Origin: Candidatus Caldarchaeales archaeon
GTDB taxonomy: Archaea; Thermoproteota; Nitrososphaeria_A; Caldarchaeales; Wolframiiraptoraceae
Direction of reading: 5' to 3'
Length of the DNA: 42,615 nt
Assembly: GCA_039630055.1 (NCBI GenBank)
Contig: JBCNVN010000008.1
Coordinates: 1 to 42,615, forward strand
Below, one piece after another: positions 1 through 8,511 of this stretch; position 1 is the first letter of the stretch; each line of letters begins with the position of its first letter. The notes beneath the pieces were generated by a model, which worked only from the letters and a program-made list of their open reading frames with translations, was not told where the DNA came from and searched no databases. A program made the translations under genes and the position numbers.

Positions 1-237
1 TGGATCTTTTCAAATTATTTATTATTCTCGCTCTGGAACGATACCCCAGTATGGCTTTCAGAGGTTGATAAATTGATGTCAGATCTACTAGTGCATAGAC
101 CTCTTGATATAATCTTCTTTCTAACAGTTCCCCCAATAATCTCTGCCAGCATATCTGCCATGATTACGATGATCTCTAAAGAAGTCTCTAAGGAAGATAC
201 TGAGATAAAAGAAGATGAACAGTACCAGTTATGGTAA
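1..237 (+). CDS. 3' end of a probable membrane protein (partial, runs off left edge)
   Basis: Frame 1 is open from base 1 to TAA at 235-237: WIFSNYLLFSLW...DIIFFLTVPPIISASISAMITMISKEVSKEDTEIKEDEQYQLW*. A hydrophobic segment is followed by an acidic tail. Not in the ORF track. Confidence 0.65.
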   Translation, partial: WIFSNYLLFSLWNDTPVWLSEVDKLMSDLLVHRPLDIIFFLTVPPIISASISAMITMISKEVSKEDTEIKEDEQYQLW

Positions 238-240
238 GGT

Positions 241-258
241 CAGAAAAAGAAAAAATAG
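241..258 (-). terminator. Oligo-T tract, likely archaeal terminator of the Lys-rich microprotein gene
   Basis: Minus strand reads CTATTTTTTCTTTTTCTG about 12 nt after the TAA at 271. Confidence 0.5.
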
Positions 259-270
259 AGAGACGGTTTG

Positions 271-426
271 TTATGCAGCCGGTGCTCCAGGTATTTCTTC
301 AGGTGCAGGTTTTGCAGGCGCTTTCTTAGCCTTCTTCTTCGGAGCTTTCTTCTTAGCTACCTTCTTCTTAGCTCCCTTCTTCGCCGTCTTCTTTTTACTC
401 GTCTTCTTTGCTTTCTTAGGATTCAT
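271..426 (-). CDS. Lys/Ala/Pro-rich histone H1-tail-like basic microprotein (51 aa; 57 aa if ATG at 444 is used)
   Basis: Manual translation MNPKKAKKTSKKKTAKKGAKKKVAKKKAPKKKAKKAPAKPAPEEIPGAPAA* (21 K, 12 A). GGAG SD-like motif upstream of ATG426, TTTTTATA box near 468-475 and downstream T tract. The + strand ORFs 215..472 and 268..486 are its antisense shadows. Confidence 0.8.
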   Translation of the reverse strand: MNPKKAKKTSKKKTAKKGAKKKVAKKKAPKKKAKKAPAKPAPEEIPGAPAA

Positions 427-558
427 TCTCTTACTACACTCCATCAATTCTTATATTATTTTAGTTGTATAAAAATTTTCGGGTAAATTGATGGATGAAG
501 TTTGGGTAAGATGATCGCAAATGATAATAATGGGTAATGCATAGTTTTTGTGATGTAA

Positions 559-891
559 ATGGTAGCGGAAGTAGATATCTCAGAATTTAGGCGTCTTGAT
601 CTAAGAATTGGACGGGTTATTAGCGCCGAGAAGGTGAGGGGAACGGATCGTCTCATCAAGATGCTGGTAGACTTCGGGGATGTGAAGAAACAGGCTATAG
701 CAGGTCTTGGCCATATTTATGGTCCAGAACACTTCATCGGCAAACTATATGCATTCGTCTTCAATCTTAAACCTAGAAAGATTAGAGGAGAAACATCCGA
801 ATGTATGATCTTAGCAGCAACCGCAAGCGAGGAAGATATCGCTCCCTTGATACCTGAGAAGTCTATTCGAGTAGGCGCCCCTATAACGTGA
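559..891 (+). CDS. Stand-alone tRNA-binding OB-fold protein (MetRS C-terminal/Trbp111/CsaA family)
   Basis: Motifs DLRIGRVISAE, L..VDFG and NLKPRKIRG..SECMILAA are typical of tRNA_bind domains. Confidence 0.9.
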   Translation: MVAEVDISEFRRLDLRIGRVISAEKVRGTDRLIKMLVDFGDVKKQAIAGLGHIYGPEHFIGKLYAFVFNLKPRKIRGETSECMILAATASEEDIAPLIPEKSIRVGAPIT

Positions 892-960
892 CCAGTAGCT
901 GGTATGATCTGAGAAATAGAAAATAATTGGGATTAATAGGCTTATGATGGAGGGGAAAGG

Positions 961-2256
961 GTGCTTAAGAATTTCTTCATTAAGGATGCATTATCTTCCG
1001 CAGATGGATCAGAGTTAGAGTTGATAGGATGGGTGAGGTCTAAGAGGAGGCATGGTAAACTAGTCTTCTTAGACCTGAGAGATTCTACGGGCATGATTCA
1101 GGTAGCGGTAAAACGTGATACGGCGAATCTAGAAAGCTTTGAAAAGGCATTAGAGATAGGTTTAGAATCGGCTGTGATGGTCAGAGGTATAATTAAGAGA
1201 GACCCAAGAGCTCCAGGAGGGGTGGAACTCCATTGTAATAACTTGAGTGTTATCAGTCCTAGTCTAGAAGATTTTCCAATAAGGAAGGGGGTTGGATTAA
1301 GATATCTTCTAGATAATAGACATCTCCACCTGAGAAGTATGAGGGTTGCCTCCATAATGAAGGTGAGGGCGATGCTTATGGATATCGCCCGTAGATGGCT
1401 GAGGGAAAATGGATTTATAGAGATTAATTGTCCAACGTTTATAACAGCGGCTGTTGAAGGTGGAGCCACCTTATTTAAATTAGACTATTTTGGAAAGATT
1501 GCTTATCTCACTCAAAGCGTACAGTTTTATCAAGAGGCTGCTATATACGGGCTAGAAAAAGTATATAGTCTTCAACCTAGTTTTAGAGCAGAGCTAAGTA
1601 GAACTAGGAGGCATCTAACCGAGTTCTGGCACCTAGAAGTAGAGGTTGCACATGCCGAGTTGAATGATATTATGAAGATAATAGAAGAGCTTGTCCATGC
1701 TATGGTTTATGGTCTAAGTAAAGAATCAGGAGATGTTTTGAGAGTTCTTGGTAGAGAGATTAAACCCGAGATTGCTGAGCCACCTTATCCTCGATTGAAA
1801 TATGCTGAGGCTCTACAGATCCTACAGAGTAAGGGGGTCAAAATAGATTGGGGTGATGATTTCGGAGCAGATGAAGAAAGAATACTATCTAAAGAGTTTG
1901 AGAAGCCATTCTTCGTAACTAATTATCCGAGAGAGGCTAAAGCCTTCTATCACATGCCTGATCCAACCAATCCATCAGTTTGCTTGAATGCCGATCTTCT
2001 TGCACCAGGTGGTTATGGTGAGATAGTTGGAGGTGGACAGAGGATCCACGATTACAATCTACTGATAGAAAGAATCAAGGAGAATGGATTGAATGTTGAA
2101 GATTATAAATGGTATATTGATTTGAGGAGATATGGTAGTGTACCACACAGTGGTTTTGGGCTTGGTATTGAGAGGATGTTGTGGTGGCTTCTAGAACTAC
2201 CCCATATCCGTAGTGCATGCCTATTTCCGAGAACACCTACAAGGATATACCCATAA
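961..2256 (+). CDS. asnS: Asparagine--tRNA ligase
   Basis: N-terminal OB fold (GWV...FLDLRDSTG), YLTQS, FRAELSRTRRHLTEFWHLE (AsnRS-type motif 2), GYGEIVGGGQR and PHSGFGLGIER motif 3. Confidence 0.9.
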   Translation: MLKNFFIKDALSSADGSELELIGWVRSKRRHGKLVFLDLRDSTGMIQVAVKRDTANLESFEKALEIGLESAVMVRGIIKRDPRAPGGVELHCNNLSVISPSLEDFPIRKGVGLRYLLDNRHLHLRSMRVASIMKVRAMLMDIARRWLRENGFIEINCPTFITAAVEGGATLFKLDYFGKIAYLTQSVQFYQEAAIYGLEKVYSLQPSFRAELSRTRRHLTEFWHLEVEVAHAELNDIMKIIEELVHAMVYGLSKESGDVLRVLGREIKPEIAEPPYPRLKYAEALQILQSKGVKIDWGDDFGADEERILSKEFEKPFFVTNYPREAKAFYHMPDPTNPSVCLNADLLAPGGYGEIVGGGQRIHDYNLLIERIKENGLNVEDYKWYIDLRRYGSVPHSGFGLGIERMLWWLLELPHIRSACLFPRTPTRIYP

Positions 2257-2490
2257 CAATGGATATGTCTAAGTATCGTAAGGTTTGGATAGATTGTTCT
2301 ACTCGATTCCTGAAGAAGACATGCAAAGTTTTTAAGTGAACTTTAGAGATATAGTTGGTGAAGGTAATCGAGTGATCTTCATAAGTCCTTATTGAGAAAT
2401 ATATAAACAGATAGACTTCTATAAGATTAAATATTTCATCCTGGTGAAAAAGGTTAACTCTTAATCATATAGGCTGAAAAGCTACTCTTT

Positions 2491-3956
2491 CTATCTCGTC
2501 CTCTCATCATAGTCTCCTGATCTTTGAGAGAGATTTACATCCGGAGTTAAGAGATAGAGTATTAAAGCTGATGCCGCGGCTCCGGTAAGTATGTACATGG
2601 CTTGAGATATTCCGATTGTAAAGACCATTCTCTCTGATTCAGATAAAAGTACACCTACTGTTGACTGGATATTGAACTGTCTCACTAAGCTGCCTATAGG
2701 TATCCAAAGAACTGCTGCTGAAACTGCACCACCCATTAGACGGAGAAAGCTGAGTAGGGAGGTTCCGACTCCGAGTATTCTTCGAGGTAGCAGAGTCTGG
2801 GTTGAGATTAGAAATGTTGAGACAGTGAACCCCATTCCAAGCCCAATAATAGGGAAACCAACCAGAATCAGAAAATCTTCTAAGTGAAGAAGAGTTAGTA
2901 TAATGGTGCCGGTCAGAAGAGAGAGCCCGCTTATGATAGCCGGCAGCTTTATCGATTTTTTATAACTATTCGTGAAGAGACATTTGCTCCTATAACCCAT
3001 CCTAAAACAAGGGGTAGAAAATAAAAACCAGAGGTCGTAGCCGTATATGAAAGAACCAGTTGAAGATATAATGGCATGTAGGCCACTACTCCGAAGAAAA
3101 TGAATCCAGCGAGCATGTTGCCGAGAAACCCGGTTCTCAATACTTTATCACTGAAAAGGCTGAGAGGGATTAATGGAGATTCAGACCTACGCTCACTGAT
3201 GAAGAACATCCCAAGAAAAGTTGCAGAGCCGAGTAGAAACAGAGAGGATGATAATCCAAGGTTTTGATACTCGGTTAAGAAGAGTAGGAGTAGTGATACT
3301 CCGGTCAAGAAGAGTAAAGAATCTAGAAAGCCGATTTTTGATGGAGCTCTTACGTCTGAGTCAAGGTTTCTCATCACTGTGAGGATACAGAGTAGTCCTA
3401 TGGGGAGATTTATCAGAAAGATCCAACGCCATCCAATCGTGTCAACTATTATTCCACCGAGCGGTGGGCCGACGATGCTCGCTATAGCCCATACAGACGA
3501 AGTATATCCTGTCGCCTTTGCCTTCTCTTTGAGGCTGAAAATTTCGCCGATAATCGTGAAAGTGAGGACTAGTAAGGCTCCTCCACCAAGACCTTGAACC
3601 CCTCTGAAGATGACAAGCTGAATCATATCGGAAGATAATCCGCATAGAACGCTGCCAGCGAGAAAGACTGAGAGACCGAGAAGATAGACCGGTCTTCTTC
3701 CATAGATGTCGCTGATCCGTCCCCAGATAGGGCCTGTAACGGTTGAGGTGAGGATGTATGCTGTAAAGGTCTAGCTGTAGACTTCGAGGCCTCTCAGAGA
3801 GGAGACTATGTTGGGCATAGCGATAGCGACTACTGTGGAATCTATTGCAGCTAAGAATATTCCTACTAGGAGGCCGATGAGAAGTATACCTCTCCTCGTA
3901 TCTAGAGAAATTTGAAAGATTTCCATGGTATAACCCTTGAAGAACGACTTAGACAT
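2491..3956 (-). pseudogene. DHA2/EmrB-QacA-like MFS transporter, disrupted by a nonsense codon and a frameshift
   Basis: Three track ORFs join into one ~488-codon gene. In-frame TAG at 3771-3773 (YS*TFTAYILTSTV, expected W) is followed by WGRISDIYGRR and FRGVQGLGGG. A -1 shift occurs at the A6 run near 2956-2961. Confidence 0.88.
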
Positions 3957-4269
3957 GGTTTGGGAGATGATGGCTGGGTTAGGTCAAATATTAGACAAGA
4001 TCTAGAGGAATAACGATCTCGTCGGCTAAGATGCAGTCTATCCTGGACGACCTATAATAGTCTAGATACTGTGAGAAAAGATAACTATATAGTCTGCAAA
4101 TTATTCGGATACAGATTAAAATCTTCTATAATAGTGGGATATTTTTGGATATTATCTGAACATATTATTCCTTTAATCTTTTTTAGTTTACTTTAATATA
4201 TAGGGTAAGACGATTGTAGGATGGGCTGACCCTTCCGAACCCCATAAGTTTACTGGAGGATAAATAACC

Positions 4270-4845
4270 ATGAATACTCCTCATATTAATAAAGATGATC
4301 TATACATGCCTAGTGAAGATACATTCCTACTACTAGACTCTATCGAGAGTTTAAGTAATAGAATTTTTGAGAGGACGTTAGAGATAGGTTCCGGCGTAGG
4401 CATAGTAACCGAGGCACTCTGTAAAATCTCTAGAGAGGTTTACGCTATAGATATTTCGAGGACAGCTATACTAGAGACATGGAGAAGGCTAAAGATGAAG
4501 GGTCATGGAGGTGTCTCACATGTAATAGAAGGCGACCTTCTATCTATGTTTAGAGAGACCCCACTCTTCGACCTCATCGTCTCTAATCCACCATACCTAC
4601 CTCAAGAGAGATTAGATGATAGAACAGTAATAGGAGGGGTAGAGATTATTAAGAGGATCATCAATGCTTCCGCCCATCTAACATTACCGAAGGGCATAAT
4701 CATGATAGTGGTATCTTCTCTTACCTCCGATCTGCATGAGATAAAAAATCATTTTATGGTGAATGGGTTCCACCCCTATATAAAGATGTCTAGAAAGCTA
4801 TTTTTTGAAGAGATAATAATTATAGAAGCTATTAGGGAGTGTTAG
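4270..4845 (+). CDS. HemK2/PrmC-like SAM-dependent N-methyltransferase
   Basis: YMPSEDTFLL N-terminus, LEIGSGVG SAM motif I and VSNPPY motif. Confidence 0.85.
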   Translation: MNTPHINKDDLYMPSEDTFLLLDSIESLSNRIFERTLEIGSGVGIVTEALCKISREVYAIDISRTAILETWRRLKMKGHGGVSHVIEGDLLSMFRETPLFDLIVSNPPYLPQERLDDRTVIGGVEIIKRIINASAHLTLPKGIIMIVVSSLTSDLHEIKNHFMVNGFHPYIKMSRKLFFEEIIIIEAIREC

Positions 4846-4871
4846 TTCTTTCCGGTGGAGGCCTGTAAGAT

Positions 4872-6764
4872 GTGAGTAACGAAGTATCTTTAAAGAGGGA
4901 GGTAGGATGGTTCGGATCATTCTCACTGGGATATGCAGACGTAGGAGCAGACATATTTATAGCTCTTGGATTGATAGCATTATATGCTGCAGGGGCCACA
5001 CCCTTAGTATTCCTGGTAACAGCAATCGTCTATATCTCGATTGGATTAGCCTATGCTGAGCTGTCTCCCACATATCCCTACGCTGGAGGTGTCCAGGTAT
5101 ATTCAATGAAGGCTTTCAATGATTTGATAGGGTTCATAGCAGGTTGGGCTTTAATATTAGGATACACTCTCTGCATCTCTCTATTCGCTCTAGCATCTGC
5201 AGGATACTTCTCCTATCTATTTCCAGAGCTCACCTATTCTCTTAACGTGTTAGGCATCCCTCCTCTGGGAACAATGTCTATGATCTTAATACTAACTCTC
5301 ATACTTGTCAACTATTTTGGAATAAGATACTCCGTCGAGGTTTCTATAGCTCTAGTTATACTTGGTCTAACAGTTCAAGGATTTATCCTGGCCTCTGGCT
5401 TCCTACTAGTATTCGACCCTTTTAAGCTCATTGAACAGTTGCAGATACTAGGTTCACCTAAACCTTTAAATGAGGTCTCATACCTGTCGAACAGCTCTAT
5501 AAACCTTCAAAATTTACTATATTCCTTAACCCTGGCCATGGCCTCCTTTGTAGGTATAGAGTCTATCGCTCAAGCCGCTGAGGAAACTAGAAGGCCTGCC
5601 AAACATATTCCTAGAGCTGCAAAAATCTCTGTTATCGCTGTCTTGATATCCGTTCTAGGATTCTCAACATTATCTATGGGCTCTGTCTCTTGGATGAAGC
5701 TAGCTGAAGAGTTAGAATATTCTATCGCGGGCTTGGTAAGCACGTATCCAATCGTTGGATCGATAGGATCTAAACTTGTAGCGGTCGCCGGCTTCGTCCT
5801 CTGTTATGCTTCATCGAATACAGGTGTAGTTGGAGTGTCTAGACTAGTAGCTTCAATGGGGAGGTATAGATTGATCTCAAAATGGTTCTATAAGATCCAT
5901 CCAAGATTCAGAACTCCTACCCGCACCATTATAATATTTGGATTAATAGGTTTAGCCTTAGCATCTTTTGGAAATATTCCGTTTGTTGCAGAACTATACG
6001 TTTTCGGAGCGCTTATAAGTTATCTAATACTTATGCTAGCTTTCATTAAATTAAGGAATGTCGGGGATGAAGTTTATGTACCTTGGAAGGTTCCAGGAGA
6101 GATAAAGATACGGGTTGGAGGAAGAACGGTGAGGGTGCCTATTCTAGGATTGGTTGGACTTATCGGGATCGGCGGGCTACTAGTCCTTACACTCTTGTTT
6201 CACTCAAATGGAAGAGTTCTTGGAACATTATGGATCGTTATAGGAGTAGTCATGTATCTTCTTTATAGAAGAAAGATGGGGCTAAGACCTACAGCCTCTC
6301 TATCTGTGGCAGAGATAATACCTGTCTCATACATCTATGACGTAGGGGTTCTGATAAGACCCATAGTAGAAAAATCTGAGAAGATCCTTGATATAGTGAC
6401 TAGAAATCTAGATAGAAGGTTTAGAATAACTTTGATTAGTATAATCGATCCTGATGATTTCAACCTAGACTTGTCTCAGATTAGTCAGAGAGCAAGCCTC
6501 TATCAGATTAAAGATGAGACTATGGAGGAATTGGGAGAGATAGCAGACAAGCTTAGAAGATTAGGTTATATTGTAAGGGTTAGGGTCTTCATCGGAGATC
6601 TAGAGCGTATACTAAATAGCTTATTAGAGTCTGGAAGGATGGAGTTTATAGCTTTAATTAGAAGAATATCTGAGAAGGTGAAGGTTGAGAAAGCCCATGA
6701 AGACAAGCTGTATAGAGTTATATCTAAGTATCATGGAAGAATTATGACGTTGAGAAGGGTTTAG
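4872..6764 (+). CDS. APC-family permease with soluble C-terminal (USP-like) domain
   Basis: About 12 hydrophobic segments, FVGIESIAQAAEETRRPAKHIPRA and HPRFRTP motifs, and a ~140-aa hydrophilic C-terminus. Confidence 0.85.
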   Translation: MSNEVSLKREVGWFGSFSLGYADVGADIFIALGLIALYAAGATPLVFLVTAIVYISIGLAYAELSPTYPYAGGVQVYSMKAFNDLIGFIAGWALILGYTLCISLFALASAGYFSYLFPELTYSLNVLGIPPLGTMSMILILTLILVNYFGIRYSVEVSIALVILGLTVQGFILASGFLLVFDPFKLIEQLQILGSPKPLNEVSYLSNSSINLQNLLYSLTLAMASFVGIESIAQAAEETRRPAKHIPRAAKISVIAVLISVLGFSTLSMGSVSWMKLAEELEYSIAGLVSTYPIVGSIGSKLVAVAGFVLCYASSNTGVVGVSRLVASMGRYRLISKWFYKIHPRFRTPTRTIIIFGLIGLALASFGNIPFVAELYVFGALISYLILMLAFIKLRNVGDEVYVPWKVPGEIKIRVGGRTVRVPILGLVGLIGIGGLLVLTLLFHSNGRVLGTLWIVIGVVMYLLYRRKMGLRPTASLSVAEIIPVSYIYDVGVLIRPIVEKSEKILDIVTRNLDRRFRITLISIIDPDDFNLDLSQISQRASLYQIKDETMEELGEIADKLRRLGYIVRVRVFIGDLERILNSLLESGRMEFIALIRRISEKVKVEKAHEDKLYRVISKYHGRIMTLRRV

Positions 6765-6766
6765 AG

Positions 6767-7039
6767 ATGCCAAGGGGAATATTAGCCATAGTCCACATAT
6801 TCGTTGAGTCTTCCAAGCTCGAGCACGTAGCTAGAGAGATCAATAAGCTTGAAGAAGCTTTAGACCTATATGAGGTTACTGGAGAGTTTGATATAATTGC
6901 CATAATGAAGGCGGACGACATCATCGGCTTCAGAAAGCTCTTAAAAGATAAGATAATGAAGATAGAAGGCGTAAAGAGCACGGTGACATCTATAATCCTC
7001 TACACTTATAAGAGAGGGGGGAGAACTGTAGAAGAATGA
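6767..7039 (+). CDS. Lrp/AsnC ligand-binding (RAM) domain protein, no HTH
   Basis: YEVTGEFDII and IEGVKSTVTSIIL pattern, 90 aa. Confidence 0.85.
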   Translation: MPRGILAIVHIFVESSKLEHVAREINKLEEALDLYEVTGEFDIIAIMKADDIIGFRKLLKDKIMKIEGVKSTVTSIILYTYKRGGRTVEE

Positions 7040-7470
7040 GTAAGAGGCATCCTCATCGAATGCTTCTAGTCGTCGAAGATTATGTCAATCTTAAAGCACT
7101 CGCCCACCTACTTGATCTTATATCTAGAGATATCTACATAACATTTTTACATGTGGTAGAGTTCCCGATCTCTACATCCATCTATCCTGAGACCGTGACA
7201 CCATATTTAGAAGAAGCAAAAAAGAGGTTTGATAATCTTATAGATTGGGCTAAGTCTCAGGGGGTGAACGCTGATTTAAAAGTAGTAGCATCTAGAAGCA
7301 TTATTGAGGCAGTGCTAATGGAGGCTGATAGGGATGAATACGATCTTATAGTATTACAAAAAGCAGTAAAGAAAATGAGGAGAAGGATAAGTGAGCTTTT
7401 TCATCGAACTAGTCTTGAGAGGTTGGTCGATAAGTCGAGGCACGTCATCATTATCCTCCCTACAAATTAG
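7036..7470 (+). CDS. Universal stress protein (USP)
   Basis: ITFLHVVE, EAVLMEA...YDLIVL and LERLVDKSRHVIII USP-like pattern. ATGA overlap with the upstream gene. Confidence 0.75.
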   Translation: MSKRHPHRMLLVVEDYVNLKALAHLLDLISRDIYITFLHVVEFPISTSIYPETVTPYLEEAKKRFDNLIDWAKSQGVNADLKVVASRSIIEAVLMEADRDEYDLIVLQKAVKKMRRRISELFHRTSLERLVDKSRHVIIILPTN

Positions 7471-7595
7471 AATTCTTCCTCTTCTTCCTCGTACTCTTCT
7501 TCCCAGCCCTCTTCTTCTTCCTCTTCTTCGAATTCTTCCCACTCTTCTTCCTCTTCTTCCTCCTCCATCCTTAAGATTCTATCTTCCAACTCCAT
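7467..7595 (-). CDS. Ultra-acidic Glu-rich microprotein (42 aa)
   Basis: Manual translation MELEDRILRMEEEEEEEEWEEFEEEEEEEGWEEEYEEEEEEF* (28 E). GAA/GAG codons are mixed in one frame. The stop overlaps the USP stop tail-to-tail. Track ORFs 7354..7542 and 7391..7597 are alternative frames of this tract. Confidence 0.7.
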   Translation of the reverse strand: MELEDRILRMEEEEEEEEWEEFEEEEEEEGWEEEYEEEEEEF

Positions 7596-7830
7596 AACTG
7601 TTCAATAAATTAAGTACAAATCGGCTCATAAGTATTTCTTCTAAAGGAGGTATCCGTATCTAAAGATGTTGTCTAGTTTTATTTTACTGAAACATATTAT
7701 CCATCATACCTATCTCTCTATCAGTGTTTTAAATATTTTAAGAAAGAATTTATAGAATCTTCGGCCATTCATTATAGATTCTTCGAATCGATTCAAATCC
7801 TGTAAGCCTATCCCATATCTTCTAAAGATA

Positions 7831-8511
7831 TTATTTTTGGGATACACTCTTAAGCTCTTTTAGAGAGATGCCTACTTTAATACTTTTTATTGATGGGTAA
7901 ATGTTTCTGAGCCCGTCTAGGAAACTTTTAATCTTCCTTATCGGTACATATGGGTACCCATCCACTATCAGCTCCCTAGGCTCATATAGTGTGAGGACAA
8001 CAGGTATGATTCTAATTTCAAAATCTCCATGAAGTCTAGTTAAAGCTTTCATCCTCTCCATCTGCTTTAACATTATCCTTCTCCTCTCACTATAGGCCGG
8101 CGGCTTTCTCCAATGCTTACAATCTACTATTAACATTAAGCTATCTATGATCGCTATCAGATCTATCTGAATCCTCTTTCTATCCAGTTTAATTTTAACA
8201 TCTCTGAATACGGTGTAGCCGGCCTCCTTAAATAATTCAGCAGACAGTTCTTCAAACTCTCTCCAATCTAGATATCTCGATATTCTATCTCCCTCAACCC
8301 CTAGAGATAAAGCTAAGACCGCGGCCCTAATTCTCTTACAAGAATCAACTTCACCATCCAACCCATAATATCTTAAGAAATCTTCTACGAGACCTTTCTC
8401 AACTAGGGCTTCTTCAGAGACCTCCTCAGGTTTGAGAAGATCTTTCCTAGACGTTATCTTAAGATATGTAGTGGTGATCTTGATGATTGCATCTTTAGAG
8501 AAATAGGTCAT
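7831..8511 (-). CDS. PD-(D/E)xK nuclease-domain protein (Mrr_cat/NERD-like)
   Basis: LDWREFEELSAELF...GY followed by QIDLIA...LIVDCKHW catalytic pattern. Confidence 0.75.
   Translation of the reverse strand: MTYFSKDAIIKITTTYLKITSRKDLLKPEEVSEEALVEKGLVEDFLRYYGLDGEVDSCKRIRAAVLALSLGVEGDRISRYLDWREFEELSAELFKEAGYTVFRDVKIKLDRKRIQIDLIAIIDSLMLIVDCKHWRKPPAYSERRRIMLKQMERMKALTRLHGDFEIRIIPVVLTLYEPRELIVDGYPYVPIRKIKSFLDGLRNIYPSIKSIKVGISLKELKSVSQK

Noticed and set aside
215-486. Track ORFs 215..472 and 268..486 (+), Phe/Leu-rich and membrane-looking
   Set aside because: They are antisense shadows of the Lys-rich minus-strand ORF (AAG/AAA codons read as CTT/TTT/TTC).
3771-3773. In-frame TAG as possible pyrrolysine or readthrough
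   Set aside because: It falls at an expected Trp (TGG>TAG), the gene has a second lesion, other genes here use TAG as a normal stop, and no pyl genes are in the window.
7354-7597. Arg-rich (7354..7542, -) and Leu/Pro-rich (7391..7597, +) track ORFs
   Set aside because: They are alternative frames of the Glu-codon tract and overlap the USP gene extensively. Third-position variation fits the Glu frame best.
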